Shown piece after piece: positions 12,254 to 23,736 of a stretch of DNA of 64,000 nt. The stretch comes from Bilabrum cf. latius (taxonomy: Eukaryota). The stretch covers positions 310,001 to 374,000 of the forward strand of contig OZ237758.1 in assembly GCA_965178125.1 (NCBI GenBank), written 5' to 3'. The notes beneath the pieces are model-generated. The model was given only the letters and a program-made list of their open reading frames with translations. It ran no database searches and was not told where the DNA came from. A program made the translations under genes and the position numbers. Numbering within the stretch: position 1 is the stretch's first letter; the number at the start of each line of letters is the position of its first letter.

Positions 12254-14629
12254 TCAAGAAATCTAGCAGCCACCGCTGCTGCTTCGACGTCGGAGACGTC
12301 GACGCCTTTCTGCTTTCTCTTTTTCAATGCGAACTCGCTCTGCCTACTCTCGCTGTTCCTTCTCTCGCTGCTACTGGGCTTTCCTGGCATCTTCCGCCGC
12401 CTTTCTCACTCGCTCAGCGGCTGCTTGCATTTCCTGCTGCTACTTGGCCCGCTCCGCTTCCTGCTTCTACTGCTCCTCGCGCTCCTTCTGTCGCTGCTCT
12501 TCGAGCTAATCGTGAGCAGTAGCGCTGCTTCTGAGCTTCTGTGCCACATCCTTTGCCTCCAGCGACAGCCTGCTGGCTTCGTCCCTCAGCTGCTTCATGA
12601 TTGACTCCTTGCCCTCTGCTGGCGAGGCAGCCACGTCTGAGACCACGTCGTCCACTGTGAGGGTCGGGGCACACTAGCGATCCGATCCAGATCCAGACCA
12701 CTGCACACTGCACTCAAACAACAGGGCACACAGCTACCGCTCATTGCTAGAGGCGCTGCTTGGGCCACTTCCAGCCGCAGCTGCGCCGCTGCTGACCTCA
12801 GGCTTCCAACTGGTCGTGTCTTTGATCTGTAGGAGGGCCTGTCCCGGAGATTTGCGTCCCAAGTTGGTTGCCTGCCGCTTAGTCGCTCCCATAACATCAG
12901 TGCACAGCTTCTTGATTTCCTCGATTGCGTCTGCATTGGCTTGCTCGGCGATGCTGTGGACCGCTCCTGCGAAGGCGTCCAGCTCGGCAGCCAGGGCTCG
13001 CTTCTGGCTCGAGCTCCCCGCCTGGCCCTCCCTCTGCTTGAGCGCATCGAGTGTTTCCTGCTCCCTCCGCTTGTGCCTATCGGCGAACCTCCTCAGGATT
13101 TCAGGGCTTTCCTTGATGAGAGACTCCCTCGCGCCTGACCCCCTGGACTCAAGTGCTGCCTGGAGCCCCTGCACAATGGCGGTCTGCTTGTCCTTGAGCG
13201 CAGAGGCGAGGTCCTTGTGGGCCAGCGCCTCCTCGACACTCATGGTGGTCGGGCCAAGTGCGCAAGATGCAACCAAATGAAGGAGACCTGGTAGCTCCAG
13301 CCGAGTCGTCTCGATGGCTGCATCGCAGTGAGCCAGCACTCCAGGCGACTCGATGACGCTACTCGCAAACTGCTCGATTCCGTCCTTGGCTGCCGTCAGT
13401 GCCCTCTGGTTGTACCGCTCCAACAACCCTGGGATCTGCGCGCCTTTCTGGTCGCAGTGCTCCACCACCTCGGGTAGGATGCGGGCGATGGCACCCGCCT
13501 GCATGGGCACTCGTCCCGGCATGCAGCGGGGCGTCTCGTCCTGGATGCAAGGCACAATGTGGGCGTCGCAGAATACCTCGAGCGCCTTTATGAAGTCCAT
13601 TCTCGACTGCTTGAGTTCTTCATCGCCTGCCTTGAGCTGCACCGTGGGAAGGAGCACCACCGTGCCGCGCTCGAATGTGCGTCGGAACGCAGCGCGCCTC
13701 TGCGCCACCAGGCCCCCATCCTCGTCTTCGTCTTCTCCGTGATCTGCTTCCCTTTTGCTCTCTTCACTTGCAGATGCAGCTCCTCCCCCGGCAGCCTCCT
13801 TGGATTCTCCGCTTTCATCAGCGGCGCCAGCGCCAAAGATTCTCTCATGCAGGAATGCCTTGTCGTCTGCCATAGTGTCGGGGTCGTCGCCCGCGTCTCG
13901 CTGCATCACGACCACTGGGCCCAGGCCGATGCGCTGGTCCGAAGCTGCGGTGCTCTCTGAGGCCTCCATGCTATCATCCTCTTTGGCGCAGGCGAATAGA
14001 GTTACAAGATCGGCCATTTGCTGCAGCCGATCCAGAGTGGCGGCCTGCTGCGGGACTGCTTGTCCGGCGTGGCTGATGGTGAGCCCACCGCTGGACAGCA
14101 GAAGCGCCGGGAGCATGACTTTGTGATCGTAGTCCCCGCTCCTGTCACCCTGGCCCTCTGTGTCAACGATCATGAGAAGAAGGTCCTTGGAGCGTCCGAA
14201 GCAGCCCTTGGGGATCAGCACCACGGCAGCGTCGCATCCTTCCGTGCACGCATCGGTCGTGTCACCCGTCTGGAAGCAGAGCGGAACCCACAGTCCAGTT
14301 ACCCTACACCTTACCCAGTCGATTTTGGAGCGACTTGAGCCGATCGCAGAGAGCTTGATCTTCTCACGGACATCTGCCTCGCCCCAGCCTCTTTTTCCCA
14401 GGGAAGCAAGCAGCCACAGCACAATGAGATTCATTGTCGTGCTCTTTCCAACACGAGCGGGGCCTTGCACGCAAATGACTTTGACTTGGGTGTCTGGTGC
14501 AATCCTCTGCATCGCTTCGAACACCTGACTGTCTCGTGTCTCGAATCTCAAATCCTCCGCATCCTCTTTCCGCCTCGTCCATGGCGCCACGCAGATGCAA
14601 ATTTCAGCGACTTTAGCTGGTTCCGACAT
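12254..14629 (-). CDS. GBP/atlastin-family large GTPase A (791 aa), coiled-coil tail, polybasic + CaaX (C-Q-I-S)
   Basis: G1 GPARVGKS, G2 DACTEG, G3 DTEG, G4 QRD. Reading through TAGs from 12734 gives an E/Q/R/K coiled coil ending RRRLRRRSSSGGC*IS then TGA at 12254. Confidence 0.85.
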
Positions 14630-14769
14630 AGGTATTGTGCTCTAGATACAGCGTCTCTAAATTTGGGTCAACACTGCGCGTTCCGGGGGTGGAGAAAATC
14701 GGGTTCCGGTTTACCCGGCTTTCGCCAGTCCGCTGGCCACTGGCAATGCATAACCAGCACAGCCGAACC
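14630..14769. promoter_or_regulatory. Putative bidirectional promoter of GBP-A/GBP-B
   Basis: 140-bp spacer between divergent ATGs. Contains tggagaaaatcgggttccggtttac (14690-14714), similar to a motif in the GBP-C/D spacer. Confidence 0.55.
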
Positions 14770-17103
14770 ATGGAATCCAAGAAAGTACAAATCGGAACTC
14801 TTCCACTTTGGAAGTGGAATCGGTCAGCTCGTCGGTTTGCCGTGCCGGGAGTCCCGGTGCTTCGCAGCATGCTGGACAGAATCGAGCCCGCCATTCCAGT
14901 GGTTGGCGTCGTGGTTCACGGGAAGGCCCGCACAGGAAAGAGCATGATTCTGAATCAAATCGCAAGATGCGTGCTACTAGAAGCATATGGCAGCATAGAG
15001 GGGCTGGAGATAGACCGATTGCACCCGGATGTCCCGGCACCTGTAATTGGCCGGTGCCCTTCTTCGGGTGTTCCCGTCCCTCTGGCCTTCGGTGTGGGGC
15101 ATGGCGCGAGGCCATGCACGAGCGGCGCAGACGGCTGCTTCATTTGCCTCCCTGCAGGCGCCTTTGGGCGCTCCTAGCCATCTGTTGTCCTGCTGATCGA
15201 CTGCGAGGGCACCGGCGACAAGGATGCAGGATACGACGCAAAGGTCATCCTGCCTGGGCTGGCGCTGTGCAGCGGGGGCGTGTTCATCGCAAACATGAAG
15301 AACCCGCCCATGTCGCACGCGGTGCTCTCTACCATCGAGAATGTGCTGCATGCAGCGGCAGTCGTGGGGCGCGGGAGACAAGCTCACCCGGGGGACGCAG
15401 ACAAAGCGACCCTGGCTCTGGTGGCTCGGGATGTGCAGCTGGAGGCAACCAAGACGCTGGAGGATGAGGAGGCAGATCTTATGCGTGATGAGCCTGAGGA
15501 TCCATTCGCTCCCGCAGCATCGGACGGAGCCTAGAAGCGGAACCAAGCCCGCGCCACCATCGCGGCAACATTCAAGCAGTGCCGGGTGGTACGTGTGCCG
15601 CCGCCCGCCGGTCGGCAAGACGCAGCCAGGGCTTGGCCCAAGAAAATGGACGAAGCACTGAATGCTATTGATGCCGCCTTTGAGCGGAATGTACTGCCTT
15701 GTCTCCAGGATGAGACACCGCGCTGCATGCTGGGAATGGCCGACGTACCGCTGGACACGCAGCACGTGCTGTCGGCGATCGAGGCTATTGTGGACCAGGC
15801 AAACGATGCCACGGACAAGCTGCGCCCATCAAGCATCCTTGAAAGCATTAAAGAAGGCGCCGTCAATGCAGTGAACGATCGCCTGTGCGCTGGGATTGAG
15901 GCTGCCCTCGTCACCGTGCAGTCTGCAAGGCTACTTGATTCGACTGCCTCGACTGAACTGGCCGCACATGCAGTGCAGGCCGTGCAGCAGACGCTCATAG
16001 AGCGTGCTTACTTCCAAATGCGCAAGATGTACAAGGCTGCCACGCGCGACGACGCTGTGGCCGTGGTCCGAAGCGCCGATGGCCCGGTGCAGCGGCAGCT
16101 GAGAGTCCTCGCGGCTAGCATGGAGAGCAAGGCGAGAGACAGGTGCGCCATCATTACTGGAAACATGCAGCGAATGATGCACCAAGTAGCGGACGAGTAG
16201 CGTGTTGACAAGATGAACAAGCTGAATGCCAAGCTCAATGACGTTGTGTGCAGCTTGGGACGGGAGGACCATGCGAACTTTGAAGGGATGCTCGCCGGTC
16301 GGCAATAGCAGGTACAGCAGCTGCAATAGCTGCAGGTGGACACGTCGAGGATAGATGCCAGCAGGGAGCTCTTGACGAAGATGCACGGCACCTGCGAGCA
16401 GACTCTGCGCGAGTCGGCAACTGACCTCGTTGGGTACGTGGGATAGTCGCCTGACTACAGCTACGGGGCTGCGGTGAGGAATGCGACCCGCCAGCTGGAG
16501 CAGCTGCTCATATCTACAGAAGGTGCCGATGATGCGGGAGCTGCCATGGGTGATGAAGCTGGTGGTGGCGCAGCTGGTGGTGGTGCAGCTGGTGGCGGGG
16601 TCCCAGACGGTATTGCCTGCCAGCTGCACGCCGGCGGCCAGCTTCTCATCGCGAGCGGGCTCATGCGGCTTGATGCAGCTGGTGCTCCTGTCGAGCCGCC
16701 TGCATCCGAGATGAACAAGCTGGTCAAGCATCTTACTGATGACAACGACGCTATCAAGCAGTTGTGCACCACTGCCAGCGCTGAGCTGGAGCAGTACCGC
16801 TCTAGGCTCGCTACTGAGGTGCAGCGAGCCAAGGACGGCGTGTCCGAGGCCATCCGACTTAAGGATAACGCCAAAGAGCTGCAGGCATCCATCGAGGCCC
16901 GCAGAGCAGAGGCATAGAGGTTTGCAAGTGACTTTGCCGCCAAACAGAAGGCAGCTCAGGAGCGGATCCAAGCAACCGAGGCCGCGATGCAGAAGGCAAC
17001 CAGGGAGCACGAAGAGTATGTGGCTGCAACCGACAGGGAAATCGAACGTTTACGGCATATTACTGAGAATGCAAGCAGTGGTGGTGGGTGCCTTGTCCTG
17101 TGA
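14770..17103 (+). CDS. GBP/atlastin-family large GTPase B (777 aa), C-terminal CaaX CLVL
   Basis: G1 GKARTGKS, G2 RPCTSG, G3 DCEG, G4 ARD. Single frame with 7 TAGs, two of them inside a Q-rich run (caa tag cag gta cag cag ctg caa tag ctg cag). Ends ASSGGGCLVL-TGA. Confidence 0.85.
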
Positions 17104-17355
17104 GTGATATAGGCATGCGTGTGCAAGAGATGAGCTCTGAGTGCTTTCCTGCGCGTTGCTGCACCTGCCGCGACTCTGCAGGTGTTTGCTTGGGAGACTG
17201 CGCAGATCGGATTTGCAGCACTGTGCATTGAGTATTCAATAAGGAATCCAACCTTTGTGTGAACAATGACCACAGCGTTACAGTGCTACTAGTGCTTCCA
17301 TGCAGTGTGCAGCGGACAAGGGGATCTCACGCCCGACCATACGCTGAAATTCACG

Positions 17356-20241
17356 TCACTCGTCTACTTTCTTGGAGGCCCACCCGTAGGCTGCACCCAT
17401 GCCACCCATTGCAAGAGATGCCCCGCCGGTCAGGAACGCACTACCAATGGTCAATCCGGCAGACACAATGCCGAGCACTGCTCCGAAGATCGATGGGCCC
17501 CTGTTCAGCCGATCGATCATATCCTAGACGGCACGCTCCGCCTGCTGGAGCTGCTGGTCCAGAGCCGCTTTGTCCTTCTGCCTCTGCTTCTTCAGCGCCT
17601 CGAGCTAGTCTTGGTTCTGCTTGATTTGCTCCTTGTGCTTATCCTCTGTCTTTTCCACTTCGAGCTTCGTATTCTCGAACTCTTCGCGCAGGCTGCGAAG
17701 CCTCGCTCGTGACTCGTACGCGCCGCTCATGTGCAGGCGGCTAGACTGCAGCTGCTGAGATAGCTACGAGAGCATCTCCAGCTGAATCGAGCGCTGCTTG
17801 GTGCTGGAGGTCTCCAAGTCTCGCATGAATGTAGCCAGGTGCGGGTTCTTACCTGGTTCTGCCACAGCCACCGCCAGGGCGGTCGGGCGGAAGCCGCACA
17901 GGACGATGTTGGCCTGGCAGCATCCCCACAGCTACACGAGCCTAGGTAGGGGTGCATCGCCCTCATCATCCGATTTAGCACTTGAAAAAGCTCCGATCGG
18001 CTCTGGTCCTGCACTGCTAGAGCAGACTCCACTGTCATGATGCTCCTAGCCCTCAGCACCATCAGCACCATCACTCGGAGGATCGGACGCACCCGCACCC
18101 GACGCAGGACCGCTCTCGCCACTGCTGTGGTCCGTTGCTGAGCCATGGCTCGATGCACCAGATTCCATTGACCCCGTCTCGGCTGGTGGCGAGCTTGCGC
18201 CGGTTGCTGCGTCTGGTTGCATGCGTTTGAGTAGCTGCATAGCGCCCATCTGCGCTAGGCACTCTGTCCTGTCCGTACGTGTCGCAGCCTCATCACCTTC
18301 GCAACCATCCTGCAATGTAATGTCACGCTCCGAATGGGTGAGCTCGATGTCTCGCAGCGACCCTTCAAGGTGAGACTGCAAGTGGCGCTGTGCCGTCTTC
18401 ATGGCCTGGAGGCGGGCCGAAGCGTCCTGCTCCAGCGCGTCCTTGGCAGCCTAAATGGCCGTCTTTGCGGAATCATGCGCTGCATGAAACTCCTTCAAGA
18501 CATCATTATCGCTCTTGGCTGATCCATCTGCGGTATACCTCATGCAGGACGCCTGCTCGGTTGCTTGGCGAGCCTGCAGCATGCTCTGCTGCAGCTCGGG
18601 GATGCGGCGCCCTGACACGGCAACATGGTAGTGGCGCTGCCAAACCTGCTCAAAGGCAAGGACAGCAGCACTCTGGGTGCTTGATAGCAAGTGCTTCCGA
18701 TCATCCTTGGCCCGTTCGTCAAGGGCATGAGCTACGAGGGCAGGCCCGCACTTGGCTCCGGTCAGCTTGTCCAACGCAGCGGTCAGGCCATCGCGTGCGC
18801 TGGGACAGTCAAACATGGACTCTGCCCAAAGCTCCTTGGCTTTCAGCTGCACAGTCTCTCGGATGCGTTTCTCCATCAGCTGGCCGACCGCTTGTCCGAT
18901 CCCGCGTGTGCAGCCGAGAGGGCAGTCCCGCGAGATGGTCTGGTCAAAAGCCTTGCGCTGCACGGTGTCAGAATACTCCCGTCCCGCTCTTTCGATCTGC
19001 TTTAGTGTGTGCGAGAGCCACGATGACAACCAACCTTTACGAGGGTCCTGCACTGCATTGGAAGACTCCACCACGTCCGACAGCACCTGCAGAAGCTTGC
19101 CACCCACCATGGGGTAGGCATCCAGGCCGAAGACCTTGTCTTCCTGCGTGCCCGCTGCCTTGATACGGTTGCCAAGCATGGCTGCAAATGACGCCCGCAT
19201 CTGCGCTGGCAGCGTAGTTTTGGAAGTGCCAAGCCGCACGATTTGCACGTCATGGCACGCCCTCCACAGCCTGCTCCTCATGCGATTCCGGCGGCTCGCT
19301 CCGGATGCAGGCGCAGACGCGGATGCAGGCGCAGACGATGCCGCGTCGTCCTTGCCTTCTTCCTCGGGGCCCAGACCATCATCATCATCTCCACTGGCAG
19401 GACCGACGGCCTCTTTCTCTAGCACCCGCTGCTCCACCGCGCTCCTGTGCGGCCTGCCCTGGTGCCACCCGCCCCGGTTGCTGTCGGGGCGAGCTGGCTC
19501 GTAATGGACATCGACCGGACCGGCATTACCATGCGCATCTACTGCGAAATCGCGGATGCCGGAATCTCTCGTCAGGTTGACGAATGTTGGCTTTACCCTG
19601 TCGGCGTTGGCCATGTGCATCCCGATGAGCTCGGCGGCGTCGACGAATTCCTCCATCGAGGAAAGGACGCTGTGCGGCTGGGGCGGATTCATGGTGTTGA
19701 AGATCAGCAGGCCGTTGCTGCTGGCCGCCAGTGCGGGAAGGGTCACCCTGAGGTCGTGTGTCGTATCTTTATCCCCGCGCCCTTCGCAATCGAACAGCAG
19801 CACGAGCAGGTCCGTGGCGCGGCCGAGTGTCCCTGCAGGGAGCAGGCATGCGAATGCGTCCACTCCCGCCGTGCAGGGAATGTCCAAATTACTCGCTTTG
19901 AATGCCGTCGGCACCGTTTCTCCTGTCCATTGGCACTCGCTCCATTCCGGCACTGATGCGCCCTCCCACAGCGGAGCCAGGCTCGGACGGGCCTCTCCTC
20001 CTTGCCCTGGATCAGCTCGCCCCGCTCCTGGCAGCTTCACCAGCCATGATGCCATGTGACACATAAGCGAGCTTTTGCCCGTCCGAGCTGGCCCGTGCAC
20101 CGACATGGCCATGTACGGCGTGCTGCTCAGGCCGCTCGACTGCAGAGCGCGGGCGACTCTCTCGTCCCACACTGTGCCGAACTTGCCCCTGTCATCTGCC
20201 TTATACACCGGAAACAGCGCACAGCGAACCTCGCTGCGCAT
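17356..20241 (-). CDS. GBP/atlastin-family large GTPase C (961 aa), C-terminal hydrophobic Gly-rich membrane segment
   Basis: G1 GPARTGKS, G2 IPCTAG, G3 DCEG, G4 TRD. Continues through TAGs into a coiled coil and the tail SIFGAVLGIVSAGLTIGSAFLTGGASLAMGGMGAAYGWASKKVDE-TGA. Confidence 0.85.
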
Positions 20242-20409
20242 ATTGAGGTTGATATGAAGACTACGTAGTTCAGATTCCGGTTTCTCCAGGATTGTCCACT
20301 GGAGAATCCCGGTTCCGGCTTACATTTGCAGGAAAAAGTTGATCCACGCGTGTTGCCCGCCTCACAACTGCAACGGCACCAGAAACCTGCACCTGTTTAT
20401 AGGTGCGCA
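20242..20409. promoter_or_regulatory. Putative bidirectional promoter of GBP-C/GBP-D
   Basis: 168-bp spacer between divergent ATGs. Contains tggagaatcccggttccggcttac (20300-20323) and the inverted repeat ttctccag-N9-ctggagaa. Confidence 0.55.
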
Positions 20410-23007
20410 ATGGCAGCAGCATCAGGTCAATCATCTGTGCCTCCTCGGTCAAGGGAGCCTGTTCTGATGATGAGATGCGAGCTGTGGAAGTACGACAAGA
20501 CGGTGAGCAAATTTGTCGTCAAGATCCCTGCCAGGGTTTAGGAAGCACTTCGCCCGTACGAAGATGTACCAATGGTAGTGATCTAGTCGCAAGGTCCAGC
20601 AAGAATCGGCAAGAGCACCTAGAACAACTACATTGTAGCGTGGGTGGCCCGTGCAGCTCATTGCCCGGTCGAGGACATCGACAGCATCGACGATTCCAGC
20701 GAGATATGCTATGCTGGATTCCCCGGGATCAGCACAACCGACACCCCTTTAATGGAAGCATCCGAAACGATCGAGGGGGCCCAAGTCCTGAACGCCTTCG
20801 GAGTGTCTCACGGATCTGAGACGTTCACGCGAGGCGCAGATGCGTGCTTCATGCTGCTTCCCGCCGGCAGCTTCGGCAGCCCCAAGCGCCTGCTGGTGCT
20901 GGTGGTAGACTGCGAGGGCGGCGGCGCGGAAATCCCCGAGTACCACGCCAAGAGCATGCTCCCCGGCGTGATCTTCTGCGGGCGCGGCGCCGTTCTTGTG
21001 ACCGACACGGTCAAGGGGCTGAGGCAGCAGGTAATCGACAAGCTGTCAAACGTGGCAGAAGCCGCAGAGATCTACGGCATGGGAATGAAAAAGGCAGCAG
21101 AGAAGGATGGAGCCGGCGCGGCCGGCGCAGCTGGGCCAGCTGGCGGCTAGGACCCCTTGGCGGGTAGCACGTTGGGTGCTGCTGTGATGCTGTGCAAGAA
21201 CTACGACCTGAAAAGGTCCGAGACACTGGAGGAAACGGAGAGCAAGACATTTGGAAAAGAAGACGCCGCCTTTGACAAGGCTGCCAGTAGCCGCAACACT
21301 AAGAGAAGCAACCTCAAAGCAGTGTTCCGGCAGTGCGCTCTAGCGCATATCAGGTCCCCCAACGGCGAGTCCAGGCCATGCGACTGCAAAAACATGGTGT
21401 CCGACCTCCGCGGCATGCTAAAGCGCGTGGTGCTGCCCCTGCTGCAAGACCACGATCCCAGGCGTCTCTTTGGCAGCCCGCACCTGCCTTTGACCGCGGG
21501 CACGTTCGTGGACATGCTCCCCGCCGTCGTGCAGCAGTCGAACGAGAAGGAGCTGAGCGTGCCTTCCCTTCTCGAGGCAATGGTGAGCGCGGGCGTGCAG
21601 CGTGCCACAGAGGCGGGGCGAGCGGCCAAGCACGCGGCGTGCCTGGTTGCAGGTGATCCAACGGTCGAGCTGCCGGGGCTGTCCATGGGAGGGCTGGTGC
21701 AGTGCACTGAAGCGGCGGCCGGGATCGTGACTGGGGCCGCCGAGGCAGAGGCAGACAAGAACCCCGTGTGCAAGGAGACTCGGCTGCTCAAGGATGCACT
21801 GGAGGCGCTGGACAAGGAGACGCAAGAAGCCATCAAGCCAATGCTGCTGCAGCGGCTCAACGGCGACTACAAGAAGGCAGCTGAGTGCGGGCGGGTGCTG
21901 GTGCACCTGCTGGCAGAATGCGAGAGCAAGTCGTCGTGGGCCGAGCCCGAGCTCCTCGAGAAGGAGCTCAAGGAAGGCTGCCCTGAGAGCCTCGAGGGAA
22001 CACCGGCGGATGAGCTGCAGGACCTCCGGTGCGAGGTCGAGGCTCGGAAGGATGTAATTGACAAGAAGCTGGCGGAGAAATCGAGCGATCTTTCCGCGTC
22101 CATCCTGGGCGGCGTGATGAGGACAGTGGGACCGCTGGCGGAGAGCGCGGTGGGGAGCGTGGTAGGCGGGTCATCTCTTCCGGGTGCATCAGCTGCTGGG
22201 GGCGAGGGGGCGGCGGGCGAGGCCAGCTCTGGCTCGGCTGCAGCGGACGTGCTGGCCAGCGCCGTCAAGACAGCTCTAGCCGTGCAGCAGGGCGCTGCAC
22301 CTGAGACAGATGGCCCTTCATCCGGGGCAGGTGCAGGTGCAGGTGCAGGTACAGGTGCAGGTGCAGGTGCAGGTGCAGGTGCAGGGGCTACATCTGCCAC
22401 TGGTGTAGCATCGGCCACCGAGCCTGGGTCAGACGTCTCGCGGGAGGAGATCGAGGACAAGCTGCGGGAGAAGCTGGAGTCGATCGCTGCCGCGGCGCCA
22501 GAGGGGAGCATGCGTGCGGCCGCTGACCTGCTGGCAGCCGTTGGGCTGCAGGACCGCGGGGGCGGCGCTGCGGGAGCTGCTGATCCTGCCCTGTCCCGGA
22601 TCGTGGAGAGCTCGCTGCAGCAGCTGCAGTGCAAGTACGAGCAGCTGCGTGGGCTGGCGGTGCAGCAGCTGGCCGGCATCCAGTTCGAGACGCAGCGGCT
22701 GGCCGGTGAGCAGCAGCGCAAGGAGCTCGAGGAGCAGGGCGAGGCCGTGAAGGAGCAGCTCAAGGCCGCGCAGGCCAGGATGGAGCAGGACGCAGAGAGG
22801 CACCGTGAGCAGATGCAGGCCATCAAGGACCAGATGAGGGAGGACAGGGAGAGACAGGAGAGGGAGATGCAGCGCATGCAGATGATGCAGCAGCAGGCCA
22901 TTGATGCTGCCAACGACAGCGGTGGCAGTGACTTCGCAGCGTTTCTCGGTGCGGCAACGGACATCATCCGAACCGTCGTGGCAGCGAAAACTGGGGGAGT
23001 AGCTTGA
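20410..23007 (+). CDS. GBP/atlastin-family large GTPase D (865 aa), amphipathic C-terminal helix, non-canonical G4
   Basis: The P-loop VI*SQGPARIGKST*NN is flanked by two TAGs and is invisible in the ORF track. G2 ETFTRG, G3 DCEG, CKN at the RD position. (AG)n linker, Q/E coiled coil, tail DFAAFLGAATDIIRTVVAAKTGGVA-TGA. Confidence 0.85.
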
Positions 23008-23052
23008 TCGGAGTGAATATGGACGCCATGCACATGTTCTATGGGCAAATAT

Positions 23053-23106
23053 AAATGCACTTGCATATAAACATAAAAGAAATGCACTTGCATATGTACA
23101 TAAAAG
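23053..23106. repeat. AT-rich 27-bp tandem duplication
   Basis: aaatgcacttgcatataaacataaaag followed by aaatgcacttgcatatgtacataaaag (2 mismatches). Confidence 0.85.
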
Positions 23107-23166
23107 GTCGTGTAGTTTCCTGAACGAGTATCCTCTGTGCCCGAGTCCGATGCAAAAAAATGGAAC

Positions 23167-23239
23167 AACACATACCGGGTCTCGATCCCGGGACCTCGAG
23201 AACCGTAAACTCGCGCGCTTCCAACTGCGCCATATGTGC
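23167..23239 (-). tRNA. tRNA-Arg(ACG), atypical
   Basis: Reverse complement GCACATA TG GCGC AGTTGGAA GCGC G CGAGT TTACGGT TCTCG AGGTC CCGGG ATCGAGA CCCGG TATGTGT T folds as a 73-nt cloverleaf with anticodon ACG, G37 and A20. A T7 run (Pol III terminator) follows at 23154-23160. Confidence 0.8.
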
Positions 23240-23736
23240 ACTGTCCAAGGGGACGAACATGCATATCTATAGTTTTAAAATGCATTTGAAAACTAAAGAA
23301 TTAGAACCTCCGCATTGACCGGTTTGCAGTCGTTGTGGAATTCAAAGGCCGAGGAAGGCTGGTGCTTCTGAAGATGCAGCGGTGGAATCATGTAGGTATC
23401 AGCTTGCTCGAGCGACAGTTTGGCGCAAGGTGGGGCTGGCTCAGCCTCCAGTCCGGCGGGGACATTGCAGCAGGGTGCTGCCTAGGGGTCGTAGGCACTG
23501 CAGGGCAGCAGCAGGGGACAAGGATCCAATGCGGGTGGCTCCTCTGATGGTTCTAGTTAGGGATTCCCGTGCGTGATTTCTTGAAGGGGGCTCTACTGCC
23601 ATTGGCGCTGCATGTCTCACGTCAAAGATGTGATTTGGCTAGACAACTACTAACTCAGTCCCTCGCCGTGGGGGAAACCATCGTACGGAGAATGCAGACA
23701 ATTGGTTGATATAATACATGATATTGACCAAAAATA

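Noticed and set aside
22327-22386. (GCAGGT)n microsatellite as a telomere-like or regulatory repeat
   Set aside because: It encodes an Ala-Gly linker inside GBP-D, and such linkers are common in this window.
23167-23239. The tRNA as the UAG/UAA suppressor (TTA occurs in its anticodon loop)
   Set aside because: Stem register places ACG at positions 34-36 with G37 and A20, so it is not a CUA/UUA anticodon.
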